IMG/VR virus record: IMGVR_UViG_3300043391_000853
Coordinates: 64,001 to 128,000 of that record
DNA from: a virus
Lineage: Duplodnaviria; Caudoviricetes
DNA: 64,000 nucleotides
Strand: one strand, 5' to 3'
Shown: positions 1 through 9,226 of the stretch, one piece after another
How positions within the stretch are numbered: the stretch's first letter is position 1
How the letters are laid out: every line of letters starts with the position of its first letter
Position numbers and translations under genes: made by a program
Notes under the pieces: model-generated
Databases searched by the model: none
Seen by the model: the letters and a program-made list of their open reading frames with translations, nothing else
Told to the model about the DNA's origin: nothing

Positions 1-943
1 CAGTCTCTTGCTTCCTCAGTGCGGCTACATGGACTTTGTCTATCTGTACACTAGGCACACTCAGGTTTTTCTTCCTGCTCTCCCACAACTGCTTCGTGTC
101 GTACAGCGTCTTGGCAGCTTTCTGCTCCGCCAAGCCTGCACGATAATCCTGAACGTTGATCAGCTGCATCTTGCTACGCAAAGTACTAGCTGTCACATCA
201 AGTGAAGCGCTCCTGGATAAACAATCCTCTAGCTCCGCGGCTAGCAGCTTGTGGCTGTCCCTAGAGGCCTTCACTTTTGAGAGGAAAGACTTTCTCGCTA
301 CTAGTGTGTCATAGTCGCCTTCGTTAACCGAGATCTGCTCTAGCTCTTCTGAGCCCAACTCTATAAGCTTCTCAAGACACTGGATATCACTGGTAAGCTT
401 CACCATATCTTTAACAGGGTACTCAGGAGGAGCATCCTTGATATAGTTATTCCAGATAACATCACGAATCTTTGTGGTATTGGGCACCATAAAGATCTTT
501 TGAAACAGTTTCTCTCGGGTAGCGTTATCTCCATTGAAGAGAAGGGCTATCTCTCCTTGATTGGAGACAATGACGTTCTGTACAATGTTTTTATCTATCT
601 GAAACAAGCTGTCCCAAATCTCGTTAACCTCACTGCTCTTCTTGTACGTTTTTCCCTCGTACATGAAGTTTACTTTAGCTGTATCTATATGTCTTTCTAG
701 TACAGCCTCTTTCCCATTCACTACTAGATGACCTATCACATACCCACTTGTCTGTCCTACAGTGAGCATATCGGATTTTGTTTTTCCGTAACCTTCCCCT
801 GTAAGGAGAAAGATAACAGCTTCAACAATACTGCTTTTTCCGCTGCCGTTGCCCCCGATGATGCCTGTGACGCCTGCGTTGAACTCGAATTGTGAACTTC
901 TGTGAGAGCGGAAGTTTTTGAGAATCAGTCTAGTTATTTCCAT
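1..943 (-). CDS. sbcC: SbcC/Rad50-like SMC-family ATPase, N-terminal part (runs off the left edge)
   Basis: Not in the ORF track; translated manually from ATG at 943: MEITRLILKNFRSH...VTGIIGGNGSGKSSIVEAV (Walker A), Q-loop-like VIVSNQGEI, then coiled coil. Confidence 0.9.
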   Translation of the reverse strand, partial: MEITRLILKNFRSHRSSQFEFNAGVTGIIGGNGSGKSSIVEAVIFLLTGEGYGKTKSDMLTVGQTSGYVIGHLVVNGKEAVLERHIDTAKVNFMYEGKTYKKSSEVNEIWDSLFQIDKNIVQNVIVSNQGEIALLFNGDNATREKLFQKIFMVPNTTKIRDVIWNNYIKDAPPEYPVKDMVKLTSDIQCLEKLIELGSEELEQISVNEGDYDTLVARKSFLSKVKASRDSHKLLAAELEDCLSRSASLDVTASTLRSKMQLINVQDYRAGLAEQKAAKTLYDTKQLWESRKKNLSVPSVQIDKVHVAALRKQET

Positions 944-944
944 A

Positions 945-1547
945 CTACAACATGTGTCTAAGAATTGCGTACTCTAACTTATTCAACATCCTTGCCACGT
1001 AAGCGCATAGCTTGGATGCTTTGGACCAAAACAGCCTCCAGCCGTAAGGTTTGACTTGTTGTTTAAACCTGTACCATAATTTACTTTCTTCCTCTTTTCG
1101 TTTAATATCCCATTTTTCGTTATGCAGTCTCTGGGACATAATCTTCTCGTTCCGTACCAAGGAGATTTTATCTAGTTTTCCGTAAATGAAGTAAGCTGTA
1201 AACTCCAACCAACAGTCTTCAGCATCTGTGGATGCAAAGCTACTGTAAAAGGTTACTTCACCATGATGCTCGATCTTTTTACTATAGCTATTTTTTACTA
1301 TTACGTCTTTCCAGACTGACCAAGGCTTTGGCTTTATTTCAGCCCGCTCTGCGTCTGTATAAGGCACATATTCACGCTCTACAATTTCCTCAAACAGGAA
1401 ACCTTCTTCTGAGATCGTGTAAGAGCTTAGTAAGTTATCCAAATCTTTAGTCTGGAATGCTTCGATGCTCCAGTCTGGAGACAAGGCCTGCAGCTCTTCA
1501 GGTAGCGGTAAGGAATACTTGCACTGAATATTGTCAAACATACCCAT
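945..1547 (-). CDS. Hypothetical phage protein (200 aa)
   Basis: Starts MGMFDNIQCKYSLP and contains FQTKDL; tightly packed against sbcC (TAG-T-ATG). Confidence 0.7.
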   Translation of the reverse strand: MGMFDNIQCKYSLPLPEELQALSPDWSIEAFQTKDLDNLLSSYTISEEGFLFEEIVEREYVPYTDAERAEIKPKPWSVWKDVIVKNSYSKKIEHHGEVTFYSSFASTDAEDCWLEFTAYFIYGKLDKISLVRNEKIMSQRLHNEKWDIKRKEEESKLWYRFKQQVKPYGWRLFWSKASKLCAYVARMLNKLEYAILRHML

Positions 1548-1548
1548 A

Positions 1549-1818
1549 TTAAATAAGTTCTTTGATTGTTTTGTTAATTAGATCGCTAGGTTTCTTAGCT
1601 GCAGAATACTTGTCGTAGGGCAGACATTGTGCGTCCCAACCTTCTGGTAGTTCTCCCTCGTTGCAGATAGGCTCAACCACAAAATTACTGGGATCTTCAC
1701 GAAAGATATAGTCAGCGTTCACAAATACGATATCTTTCACAGAATTCTCTGCATCCTCTTGAGACTCTGCAGAGATTACAAGCGTGTACTCTACTGTGAG
1801 TTTGTATAATTTAGTCAT
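1549..1818 (-). CDS. Hypothetical protein, probable paralog of 1826-2194
   Basis: Shares the KLY...V.A..Q..A and LP.GW...C.P pattern with its neighbour. Confidence 0.65.
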   Translation of the reverse strand: MTKLYKLTVEYTLVISAESQEDAENSVKDIVFVNADYIFREDPSNFVVEPICNEGELPEGWDAQCLPYDKYSAAKKPSDLINKTIKELI

Positions 1819-1825
1819 TGGGTTG

Positions 1826-2194
1826 TTATTTTGATAGAGCTGACTTAATCATGTTTTCTAACGACTCTATTTTGTCGTACAACTTCTTTATCTGTGCTGT
1901 TTCTATGTTAGTGAGCGGTGTTGCTTGCTTCTGTTTTTTAAGGATTCCCTCAATACAGTCATCCGCCCACGGCCCCTTCGATATACATACCTCCTTGTCG
2001 GCGTCTACAGGACAGTTTCGTGGCCACCAACCCAAAGGTATGTTATCAAGACAATCAATTTCTTCGACAGATGTATGACTTGAGTCTATGTTGAATAAGT
2101 TATGTGTATCGTATGCAAGTAGGCACTCCAAGGCCTGTTGTTCGTCTTTTGCGTAAACTACGCTACAAGCTGTTACGCTATATAATTTTTTCAT
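1826..2194 (-). CDS. Hypothetical protein with C-terminal coiled coil
   Basis: ATG start; 4-nt overlap with the upstream gene. Confidence 0.65.
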   Translation of the reverse strand: MKKLYSVTACSVVYAKDEQQALECLLAYDTHNLFNIDSSHTSVEEIDCLDNIPLGWWPRNCPVDADKEVCISKGPWADDCIEGILKKQKQATPLTNIETAQIKKLYDKIESLENMIKSALSK

Positions 2195-2433
2195 AATTCT
2201 TCATGTAGTTTAATTTCCCTAACTTTCAATATCTGGTACTCGGCGGACCTACTCAATTCTGCGTCTGCTTTTTGTAGTTTAGTTATCTTATTCCTTAAGA
2301 CCTTCAGCACACCTTCCTCATCCTTGTTAGAGGATACGAATGTTGCCCTGTTTTTGGGTAGTCTGCGCCAGATATCCCAGTCTGGTGTACGTATTCTTAT
2401 GCGATAGCTTATGAGCTCGTATATCAATTTCAT
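2191..2433 (-). CDS. Hypothetical protein
   Basis: ATGA overlaps on both sides. Confidence 0.6.
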   Translation of the reverse strand: MKLIYELISYRIRIRTPDWDIWRRLPKNRATFVSSNKDEEGVLKVLRNKITKLQKADAELSRSAEYQILKVREIKLHEEL

Positions 2434-3338
2434 ACATTTTGGAAGGATTTTTCTTTCATCTTGAATTCGAAATCCAGGTCAATTGTTGTGTTGTATGTGT
2501 GAGGCAGCTTTGAGGCATAATCTGCGTGTTTTCTAGGATTCTTGTTATCTGGAATGCTCTCACTATAATGAAAAAGAGGCGTGTAGCCTTGCCATGACTG
2601 CACAGCCATAGCGAAAGACTCTTCTTCAGGTGTTCCAAGGTTATGACATTTATGATGCAGATAATCGAAGGTTATCGGCGTATCTCCATCGTGATAGAAA
2701 TAATCGTATAGTGCTTTAACTGTCCAGCCAGCTGACTTGTCGTCGTTCTCCAAAACAAGGCGTTTCTTGACGTTGTCTGACAACCTATGGAAATTCTTGT
2801 AGAACAGATCTCGAACAATGAAGTGATTTCCTCCTCCAAGACTTCTGTTTACATGAATGTTTATAGGTGAACCGTAATCCAGAGGACAGCCTATCCGTGT
2901 CATGAACCAGCCTTGAAAGTCTAGCTCACTAATTGTTCGCGCTATTGCATCATCGTTATCACTGGCCAGTACATTGAATTGATCAGGATGGCTGCTTAGT
3001 CTGACGTTGTATCTCTCTCGAGCACGCTTTACTTTATCGAAGCCTTCCACAATCTCATCAATTTGAGGAAAGTCTTCGAATATGATACGCGCTTTGTTGT
3101 AGGTCATCAGCGGAAATATATTGCTGCTTAACCTGTAGTTGTGTCTATGGACGCCGCAGTATTCGATAGCTTTCTCTGTAACTAGGAGATTGTTTAAAAC
3201 GACTTCTCCTAGTTTGACCAACGCTTCAGCCCTGTCCAAAGAGCTGAAGCGCTTAAAGGTCATTGTTCTGAACTTGAGTGGCGGGTCATTTTCCTCCAAC
3301 CCAAGTACAATACAGCATACACCTTTGTTTCGGATCAT
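2430..3338 (-). CDS. uvsE: UV-damage endonuclease (UvdE/UvsE)
   Basis: Motifs YRLSSNIFP, RLSSHPDQFNVLAS, INIHV, RLVLENDD, ITFDYLHHKC, PLFHYSE, RKHADY, DFEFKMKE. Confidence 0.93.
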   Translation of the reverse strand: MIRNKGVCCIVLGLEENDPPLKFRTMTFKRFSSLDRAEALVKLGEVVLNNLLVTEKAIEYCGVHRHNYRLSSNIFPLMTYNKARIIFEDFPQIDEIVEGFDKVKRARERYNVRLSSHPDQFNVLASDNDDAIARTISELDFQGWFMTRIGCPLDYGSPINIHVNRSLGGGNHFIVRDLFYKNFHRLSDNVKKRLVLENDDKSAGWTVKALYDYFYHDGDTPITFDYLHHKCHNLGTPEEESFAMAVQSWQGYTPLFHYSESIPDNKNPRKHADYASKLPHTYNTTIDLDFEFKMKEKSFQNV

Positions 3339-3340
3339 TT

Positions 3341-3613
3341 TCAGCGACCGTTACAATTGTAAGGTATACCTAACATATTTGCATGTATGTTTACGTCGTC
3401 TTCATCTATGTCCAGTGGTTGTTCGATCACATACCTACTGATTAGCCGTACAGCATAATTAAGCCATTCAGGATCTCTGCCGTGATATATCTGATCCATG
3501 AGCTGTACAGCTTCCATACTATCGCGACACACTATACGGTCTTGCCACTTACGAGCTTTTGGCTTTTTCCGTTGTATGATTAAAGACGCTTTTGTGGATT
3601 TTTCCGTCTGCAT
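3341..3613 (-). CDS. Hypothetical protein
   Basis: Track ORF 3341-3649; ATG at 3613 (MQTEKS) abuts the upstream stop and is the likelier start. Confidence 0.55.
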   Translation of the reverse strand: MQTEKSTKASLIIQRKKPKARKWQDRIVCRDSMEAVQLMDQIYHGRDPEWLNYAVRLISRYVIEQPLDIDEDDVNIHANMLGIPYNCNGR

Positions 3614-3614
3614 G

Positions 3615-3806
3615 TTATTCTTCGTGACTAGGTTCTTCGCCCTCTTCAAGCTGTCTACAGGTGTAATTCTTTTTAAGCTTCTTCACATAGTCTGTCCAGG
3701 GTTTTGGTCCTAGTGCATCGAGCCATGCGTCTGCTTCTGTCACACCAGATCCAATGGTGCATCGTTTGAACCTATTTACTCCCGATTGTCCTTCGATTAC
3801 GTACAT
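3615..3806 (-). CDS. Hypothetical protein
   Basis: ATG preceded by an A-rich leader; fits the gene tiling. Confidence 0.55.
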   Translation of the reverse strand: MYVIEGQSGVNRFKRCTIGSGVTEADAWLDALGPKPWTDYVKKLKKNYTCRQLEEGEEPSHEE

Positions 3807-3819
3807 AGTTTTTTATTTT

Positions 3820-4212
3820 TTATCGCGGCCAGCCAACAATTCTATAAAAGTCGGCGTGCATGTCTCGTTCGTCTTGTTCTGCCTCCAGGTTGAAAGCCTC
3901 AAGCTCTCGAGAGTATTCAAACCTTAATAGGTCGTATACCTCGAAGAATCTCTTGGTGACCTCGTCATAAGCTGTGGAGTTTTGTGGATCCTCGTTCGGT
4001 AGCCAGCCAGCTGGCAGCACTAGTGTGTTGTCGTCTATCTCTTGAGGTATAGGAAGGCTGAAGTCCTCAAGTACGTGCAACAACATTTCTTTATGTGACG
4101 CAAGCTCGTCAGGATCGTCCACCTGCTTGTCCCATTGATGCGCTTTGACTCGATTTTCGACCTCGTCCAGAATTTTAAGGCATTCCTCTTTTGTTTTCAT
4201 GTGTTTTGTCAC
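3820..4212 (-). CDS. Hypothetical acidic protein
   Basis: ORF track; overlapping start/stop tiling. Confidence 0.65.
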   Translation of the reverse strand: MTKHMKTKEECLKILDEVENRVKAHQWDKQVDDPDELASHKEMLLHVLEDFSLPIPQEIDDNTLVLPAGWLPNEDPQNSTAYDEVTKRFFEVYDLLRFEYSRELEAFNLEAEQDERDMHADFYRIVGWPR

Positions 4213-4460
4213 TCAACCACAGTTTCAGTTACCCTGGTTTCTCTTATAACTACACGCCAGTCTCTCTCCTGCATATATGGAGAATCATCGAAGACCCCTC
4301 CAGGGAGCCGTCTAGATACATCATGCAAGGCGTAAGCTAGATGTGAGCGCTTGTTATTCTCTGGATCTGTATCGCAGTATAACCGCTGATGGTCTACCCA
4401 TTTTGATTTTAGTTTTAGCTTTTTCTGTATGACTATAATTGTCCTGACAGGTTTTGTCAT
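4209..4460 (-). CDS. Hypothetical protein
   Basis: Overlapping start/stop tiling. Confidence 0.6.
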   Translation of the reverse strand: MTKPVRTIIVIQKKLKLKSKWVDHQRLYCDTDPENNKRSHLAYALHDVSRRLPGGVFDDSPYMQERDWRVVIRETRVTETVVE

Positions 4461-4729
4461 TTTGTCTTCCTCAGTTCGTTCACCAAGTCTTCCTGTGTCT
4501 TCTTTGAGATGATGGGTTCAAAGTCTGCGTTTTCTTCATATTTGAACCCTGCAATCGCGCAGGCTTTTTCTACGTTAACCTGACATAGACAACTTTCGGG
4601 TATTAGCTGGTTGTAGTTGTTATCTACAGGTAAGGCGTTTGTCGGTACTTGGAGCATGTAGGCGAGCTCGTGAGGCGTACCTGCAAACTCGTTAGTGTCT
4701 TTGTTGAATACACGAGTACACATAATCAA
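4457..4729 (-). CDS. Hypothetical protein
   Basis: Tiling; contains CLC. Confidence 0.55.
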   Translation of the reverse strand: MIMCTRVFNKDTNEFAGTPHELAYMLQVPTNALPVDNNYNQLIPESCLCQVNVEKACAIAGFKYEENADFEPIISKKTQEDLVNELRKTK

Positions 4730-4917
4730 TCTTGGTCTTCTGCATCATCCTGGCAGCATTCGCAGCGAAACACGGAAGCTGTTGGGTTTTCCTTGTCGCG
4801 TTTAACAATATAAAGATATTCACCATCCAGTACTGCCTGTCCGTTTGTTACATCTTTACAATCCACGCACACAAACTCCATCTCAGGAGTCACTCCTTGC
4901 TTACCTAGAATAGGCAT
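4726..4917 (-). CDS. Small zinc-finger-like protein
   Basis: CVDC...CECC; likely start ATG 4917 (MPILGK). Confidence 0.55.
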   Translation of the reverse strand: MPILGKQGVTPEMEFVCVDCKDVTNGQAVLDGEYLYIVKRDKENPTASVFRCECCQDDAEDQD

Positions 4918-4922
4918 AATTA

Positions 4923-5177
4923 TTACCGTTGTTCTGGATCTGGTTTTTCGCAGGCTGAGCAACGCTTGACACCGTCTTCTCGCAGGGCATACATACCTGC
5001 ACTACAATCAACACAGTGTCTGCCGAACGATGCTGTAGTTTGCGGAGCTGTGTCAGGAATTTCGAAGGTTACTTCGAAATGCGCGACGTATTCTTTGGGT
5101 TTTTTAGCTGCTCCTAGTTTTGCCGCTAGGGGCAGTCCACACAGGATGAGTCCAATTGAGATTGCTGTCGACTTCAT
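4923..5177 (-). CDS. Small protein with N-terminal hydrophobic segment and zinc ribbon
   Basis: MKSTAISIGLILCGLPLAA; CVDC...CSAC. Confidence 0.55.
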   Translation of the reverse strand: MKSTAISIGLILCGLPLAAKLGAAKKPKEYVAHFEVTFEIPDTAPQTTASFGRHCVDCSAGMYALREDGVKRCSACEKPDPEQR

Positions 5178-5644
5178 GGTTTGTTGTCTTCTAGTTCTTT
5201 TTCAGTTTGTTTTGGTTCGTACTCGAAAAAAGACAATGAAAACACCGCGTTTCCAGTCTCTTCGAGAAGCACACTACACCAGCTTGAATTAACCGTTACC
5301 CTGGATAGGGTATATTCTTCACCAAGCTTCAAGAGGTTTTCTGCATTTTCAGCAAGGTCTTTAAACCAAGTGACTGATACTCCCTTGTATTTTACTTTGT
5401 CTCCAACTTTGGGCCATATTTTCATAGTGTCGTCTGGCAGGTAATATCTGCATTGAAATGAGAACGTGCTCTTTTCATGTGTTTTAATTTCTCCCTTCTC
5501 TTCCCACTCATAGCCAATCCATCCTGGTTCGCTAATATCTTTGTACACTGTTCTGACCTTGTGACCAGCTCCGTCGCAAGAATACCATATTGCACCTAAC
5601 GGTATTTGCTCTAATTTTAAGAATGTTCGCTCAGGCATATACAC
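5174..5644 (-). CDS. Hypothetical protein, possibly two small beta-barrel domains
   Basis: KVGDKVKYKG...LKLGEEYTLSRV pattern. Confidence 0.6.
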   Translation of the reverse strand: MYMPERTFLKLEQIPLGAIWYSCDGAGHKVRTVYKDISEPGWIGYEWEEKGEIKTHEKSTFSFQCRYYLPDDTMKIWPKVGDKVKYKGVSVTWFKDLAENAENLLKLGEEYTLSRVTVNSSWCSVLLEETGNAVFSLSFFEYEPKQTEKELEDNKP

Positions 5645-6719
5645 TTAATTTTAACTCATCTAGCACGGCTTTAGGTTCACTTGCGGTAAGTAGCTTGTAG
5701 GCCACATCAAACACCTTGTCGCCGTACTCTGCGCTGCAAGTCAGTTCACGAAGAACATTACCTATACGATCGGCGGTCTTTAGCTCGGAACGGATGTTGA
5801 CCATCTCCTCTGTACCGTCTTTATCTTTCTTTACTTTGGTAGTTTTTACAAATCCAATATCGTGCAGGAAGTTTAATCTGTTTCCTACGTCTACACAGTC
5901 GTGCAGCTTTACAAGAAACACTGGCCTCTTATTACCCAGCTGGTACGTATTGTATTTAACTGTGTTCAATGTCTCCTCTAGATTGTCGGGCGTAACATTG
6001 ATGGTTATGTACTGCCTAGGTAGACTGTATGGCAGTGTGCTCAATTTCTCACCGTCAAAGAAATACAAGCCCTCCTTCTCAGTCTCGTTGGCTGCAGTAA
6101 CTCCCAAGCTTCCGCAGTATCCCATGAATAATTCTTTTTCGCAGACTGGATTATGGAATCTTGCCTGTCTACGAATGTGAATATCTCCGAGAAAAATTCC
6201 ACGCATGCTGGCGCATTGATTAGTGAAATCTAGATCTTTGAAACTCACCTTTTTCTTGTCTTCGCAGAACGGCCACAGCTCTGGGATCTGTTGGTGCATA
6301 AAAACACACAAAACAGAGTTTGTTTCTTTTTTGTTCAATTCGTGATTAATTAATTCAATCACATCAGCAGGATTATCGCTATAATCAACTCCCACAAACT
6401 CGGGAACGCTATTGACAGATTTAAACCCACAGACCGTCTCCCAAGTGGCTCCGTTTACGGGCTTACTGTGATCTCCGGCTATAGCTACGGGAGTAACTTT
6501 GCCCTCCAATCTTTTCAGCTGAGCTGTTACGAACTTAATGGTATCGCTGCTAGGCTTATTGTTGTCGAATAAATCACCGACACTAACAAGGTAATCAACT
6601 TTGTGTTCAATTGCCTTGTTTATAACCATAGAGAACAGGTCTCGATTGTCCTGCTCTAGCTCTGGAATGTTGTACAACTTACTTTCAAGGTGCTGGTCAC
6701 TGAATGCTATGAACTTCAT
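5631..6719 (-). CDS. sbcD: SbcD/Mre11-like metallophosphoesterase nuclease
   Basis: FSDQH, GDLFD, IAGDHS, FMHQ, LGDIH and YCGS motifs; cognate sbcC downstream. Confidence 0.88.
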   Translation of the reverse strand: MKFIAFSDQHLESKLYNIPELEQDNRDLFSMVINKAIEHKVDYLVSVGDLFDNNKPSSDTIKFVTAQLKRLEGKVTPVAIAGDHSKPVNGATWETVCGFKSVNSVPEFVGVDYSDNPADVIELINHELNKKETNSVLCVFMHQQIPELWPFCEDKKKVSFKDLDFTNQCASMRGIFLGDIHIRRQARFHNPVCEKELFMGYCGSLGVTAANETEKEGLYFFDGEKLSTLPYSLPRQYITINVTPDNLEETLNTVKYNTYQLGNKRPVFLVKLHDCVDVGNRLNFLHDIGFVKTTKVKKDKDGTEEMVNIRSELKTADRIGNVLRELTCSAEYGDKVFDVAYKLLTASEPKAVLDELKLSVYA

Positions 6720-6721
6720 AT

Positions 6722-7168
6722 TTATTTATTGGTTGTATGTTTATCAAACGAGAGCATATCTGCCATTAACCGCTCACTTATTGAAAGCAGGGCTTCATCG
6801 CTTTTTTTGTTTTTCTCCCACAAGCTCAAGAAGCGGTACATTAATGCTTTTAACGTACTGGTGTAAATATCTTCATTTTCGAGATGTGTGGTTGTGTAAT
6901 GCTGCTTAAACGCCTCATGTGTGTAAAGTTCTCCAAAAACAGTGACAGGTTCGGTTTCTTTATTTTCTGCCAACAACCATTTAGGACACACTAACGTCTT
7001 GGCGCTTATCTGAAACGCAGACCCTCTTGTCAGGTCGCGAGAACCTGCACTTACTTTCTTTACCCAACTTGGAGATTTACCTACAAGCAAACTAAATTCT
7101 TTCTCGTGGCCGTGCTTTCCTAGATAGCTTCTAAGTACAGCTATATTTGTTCTAAGTTTAGATTTCAT
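6722..7168 (-). CDS. XRE-like helix-turn-helix protein
   Basis: EKEFSLLVGKSPSWVKKVSAGSRDLT...CPKWLL fits an XRE HTH. Confidence 0.55.
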   Translation of the reverse strand: MKSKLRTNIAVLRSYLGKHGHEKEFSLLVGKSPSWVKKVSAGSRDLTRGSAFQISAKTLVCPKWLLAENKETEPVTVFGELYTHEAFKQHYTTTHLENEDIYTSTLKALMYRFLSLWEKNKKSDEALLSISERLMADMLSFDKHTTNK

Positions 7169-7189
7169 GCTACTGGTACGTTATATAAG

Positions 7190-7510
7190 TTATTTGCATG
7201 CTGCAATAATTTCAGGACGAACATGGTACTGCCACCACTCACTACCATCATATTCTCCTCTCGAGAACCAGGTACCGTCCACAAGCCATATCGTACCGAA
7301 CACCTCTTGCGTACCATAACTTGCGTCATAGAAGAAGTTGAGTTTGTCTAGAAACTTTGTGAAATCTTCCTCTGTATAGTTTAGCTTGAGTGCCGCCACG
7401 ATATCATCGAACGGGGCTGTAAGGGGATTGTTAGCTTCAATATATGCACACTTTACCTGTGCACGATGTTTGACGGCATCCAAGAATTCTTCTTTTGCGT
7501 ATGTTCTCAT
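7190..7510 (-). CDS. Hypothetical phage protein
   Basis: YDASYGTQEVFGTIWLVDGTWFSRGEYDGSEWW looks like a conserved phage motif. Confidence 0.7.
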   Translation of the reverse strand: MRTYAKEEFLDAVKHRAQVKCAYIEANNPLTAPFDDIVAALKLNYTEEDFTKFLDKLNFFYDASYGTQEVFGTIWLVDGTWFSRGEYDGSEWWQYHVRPEIIAACK

Positions 7511-8058
7511 AATTCGTGAGGTATTATTATCCCTTTTTCGCTTTCTTTGACTTTCCAGTCACTGACTGCAGTCATTATGTTTTTACCTAGTCTAGCGCTA
7601 GCCAGTTTAAGTACTCTTAAATTTGGCCAAGCTACAGGTCTAACCTTCAATATATACTGCAGAGCCTCTTCCACAGATTTACCTTGCATAACCCAGGCAA
7701 TGATTCCTACTGCCGTACTACGACTTATACCAGCATAGCAATTAATTCCAAGATGATGATGTGTATCACTGCTGACCAAAGGCTCCAGAAAGCTAATGAT
7801 GTTGTTGACGTGCCTTTCTTGTGGGCCTTCAATGTGTAGTCTGTCTTGAATGTACGTTTCAGTATCTTCATCACTCCAGTCTCTAAACAGCTGTGAAAAA
7901 TGTTTTACCCTAGCATTAACAAAGCGTGTTTTTAATTTCTTAATAGTTGCTTCGTCCTCTGGATCACTTAACGAAATCCAGGCAGTCTGCAGCAAATCTA
8001 TCTTGAATGGTACGTGCTTGGCTTCACTCAGGTTTGTGATAATGATTGAATCTATCAT
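7507..8058 (-). CDS. Cys-based protein tyrosine/dual-specificity phosphatase-like protein
   Basis: CX5R loop NCYAGISRSTA; RPVAWPN. Confidence 0.85.
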   Translation of the reverse strand: MIDSIIITNLSEAKHVPFKIDLLQTAWISLSDPEDEATIKKLKTRFVNARVKHFSQLFRDWSDEDTETYIQDRLHIEGPQERHVNNIISFLEPLVSSDTHHHLGINCYAGISRSTAVGIIAWVMQGKSVEEALQYILKVRPVAWPNLRVLKLASARLGKNIMTAVSDWKVKESEKGIIIPHEL

Positions 8059-8423
8059 ATTGATAATTTCCTATGCTCTTTTGGTTGTGGTTGTGTGGCC
8101 TTGACCTGCTTTGGAGATTGAGGTTGATTATATTTAAGTATAATTCTCAACAGCTCTTGTCCTACAGAATCTAGACTATCTCCATTTTCAAGCATTGTGA
8201 AAGATTTATCCTTCAGCTTCTTTTTCGTGACATTATAAAAAAACTCTACAGCAGTCTCCAGATCTTCTGTAACGGAGTCTACTTTTGTTGTGAATTTCCT
8301 GCTGTTTTTTCCTCCAAAATATCTAATTATTTTGTAGGTACCGTAGCAGTCCACCAACTCAAGCAACCAAAAACGTTTGTTTGTTCCTTTGCTTTGAAAA
8401 ATTTCTAGACCTAGTCTTTCCAT
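8055..8423 (-). CDS. WGR-domain-like protein with C-terminal RKLSI
   Basis: TNKRFWLLEL...IIRYFGGKN...AVEFFYNVTKKKLKDKSF fits the WGR pattern, with WGR replaced by FGG. Confidence 0.6.
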   Translation of the reverse strand: MERLGLEIFQSKGTNKRFWLLELVDCYGTYKIIRYFGGKNSRKFTTKVDSVTEDLETAVEFFYNVTKKKLKDKSFTMLENGDSLDSVGQELLRIILKYNQPQSPKQVKATQPQPKEHRKLSI

Positions 8424-8431
8424 ATTATTAT

Positions 8432-8468
8432 AAAAATAGGCCGCAAGAGGGATAGTCCTCTTGCGGCC
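8432..8468 (-). terminator. Intrinsic terminator after the AAA/DUF operon
   Basis: 12-bp stem GGCCGCAAGAGG/CCTCTTGCGGCC followed by TATTTTT on the minus strand. Confidence 0.85.
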
Positions 8469-8482
8469 GTGGTGTGCTGTTA

Positions 8483-8737
8483 TTAGCGAGCGAAGCTGTT
8501 CTCTATTTTTCTATTAAAATAGTTTCTTTCCGCATCTATAACAGCGCTTCTAATTGGATTTTTTGCAATTACGCAACCATCCATATCTACAGCTACCCAA
8601 CACTCGTGAGTGTGATCGTATTCTATATTAGATACACGTTCCACATACTTCGAGCCGAGGGAATTGAGTTTGTCTAGGGTATCATCTGCTAATCCCTGCA
8701 GGTTACCCTCCAAATCAATATATATTTTGGTAGACAT
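8483..8737 (-). CDS. Small protein downstream of the DUF2997-like gene
   Basis: Likely start ATG 8737 (MSTKIYID); LG...VERVSNIEYD...W...RSAVIDAE resembles a family I recall next to DUF2997 genes. Confidence 0.65.
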   Translation of the reverse strand: MSTKIYIDLEGNLQGLADDTLDKLNSLGSKYVERVSNIEYDHTHECWVAVDMDGCVIAKNPIRSAVIDAERNYFNRKIENSFAR

Positions 8738-8738
8738 A

Positions 8739-8939
8739 CTAGTGTCTAATATGCTCAGCATTATCTACAGTCAAATCCTTATCGTACTCATGGGTCATCT
8801 TTCTAGACGACTCATCGACCATACCAAGAGCTCTCTCAAGCATCTTTGTAGCGTCCAAGCAGCCTGAGCCGTAACCCTCCAATTTATCAATGGTTACGTG
8901 GCCTTCGTTATTCACTTTAAACACTATTTGTTTAGACAT
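8739..8939 (-). CDS. DUF2997-like protein
   Basis: IVFKVNNEGHVTIDKLEGYGSGCLDATKMLERALG...TxEY signature. Confidence 0.8.
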   Translation of the reverse strand: MSKQIVFKVNNEGHVTIDKLEGYGSGCLDATKMLERALGMVDESSRKMTHEYDKDLTVDNAEHIRH

Positions 8940-9219
8940 AGGACATTGTGTTTCTTAGAAACCTGCCGGTGTGGTCATACTGGAACTTAATGTGTACAAC
9001 ATGCCTCTTTTCAGAGGGGCAGCGTACAACATAAATAACGGTAGCTACAGCGTACCCTGGGGAGTCTTCGTCAATATCCAGTTGATGATACGGAACTGTA
9101 ACATCAAAATCCACAGGCCTTTCTTCCTGAGGGGCAACGGCTTCTTTCGTCAGGGTCTCCTTTAGTGACCTTGCGAGTTTAGACTTGATTGACATGAATT
9201 CCTTGTGAGTATTTGACAT
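8932..9219 (-). CDS. Hypothetical protein
   Basis: Tiling within the operon. Confidence 0.6.
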   Translation of the reverse strand: MSNTHKEFMSIKSKLARSLKETLTKEAVAPQEERPVDFDVTVPYHQLDIDEDSPGYAVATVIYVVRCPSEKRHVVHIKFQYDHTGRFLRNTMSYV

Positions 9220-9226
9220 ATTTCTT

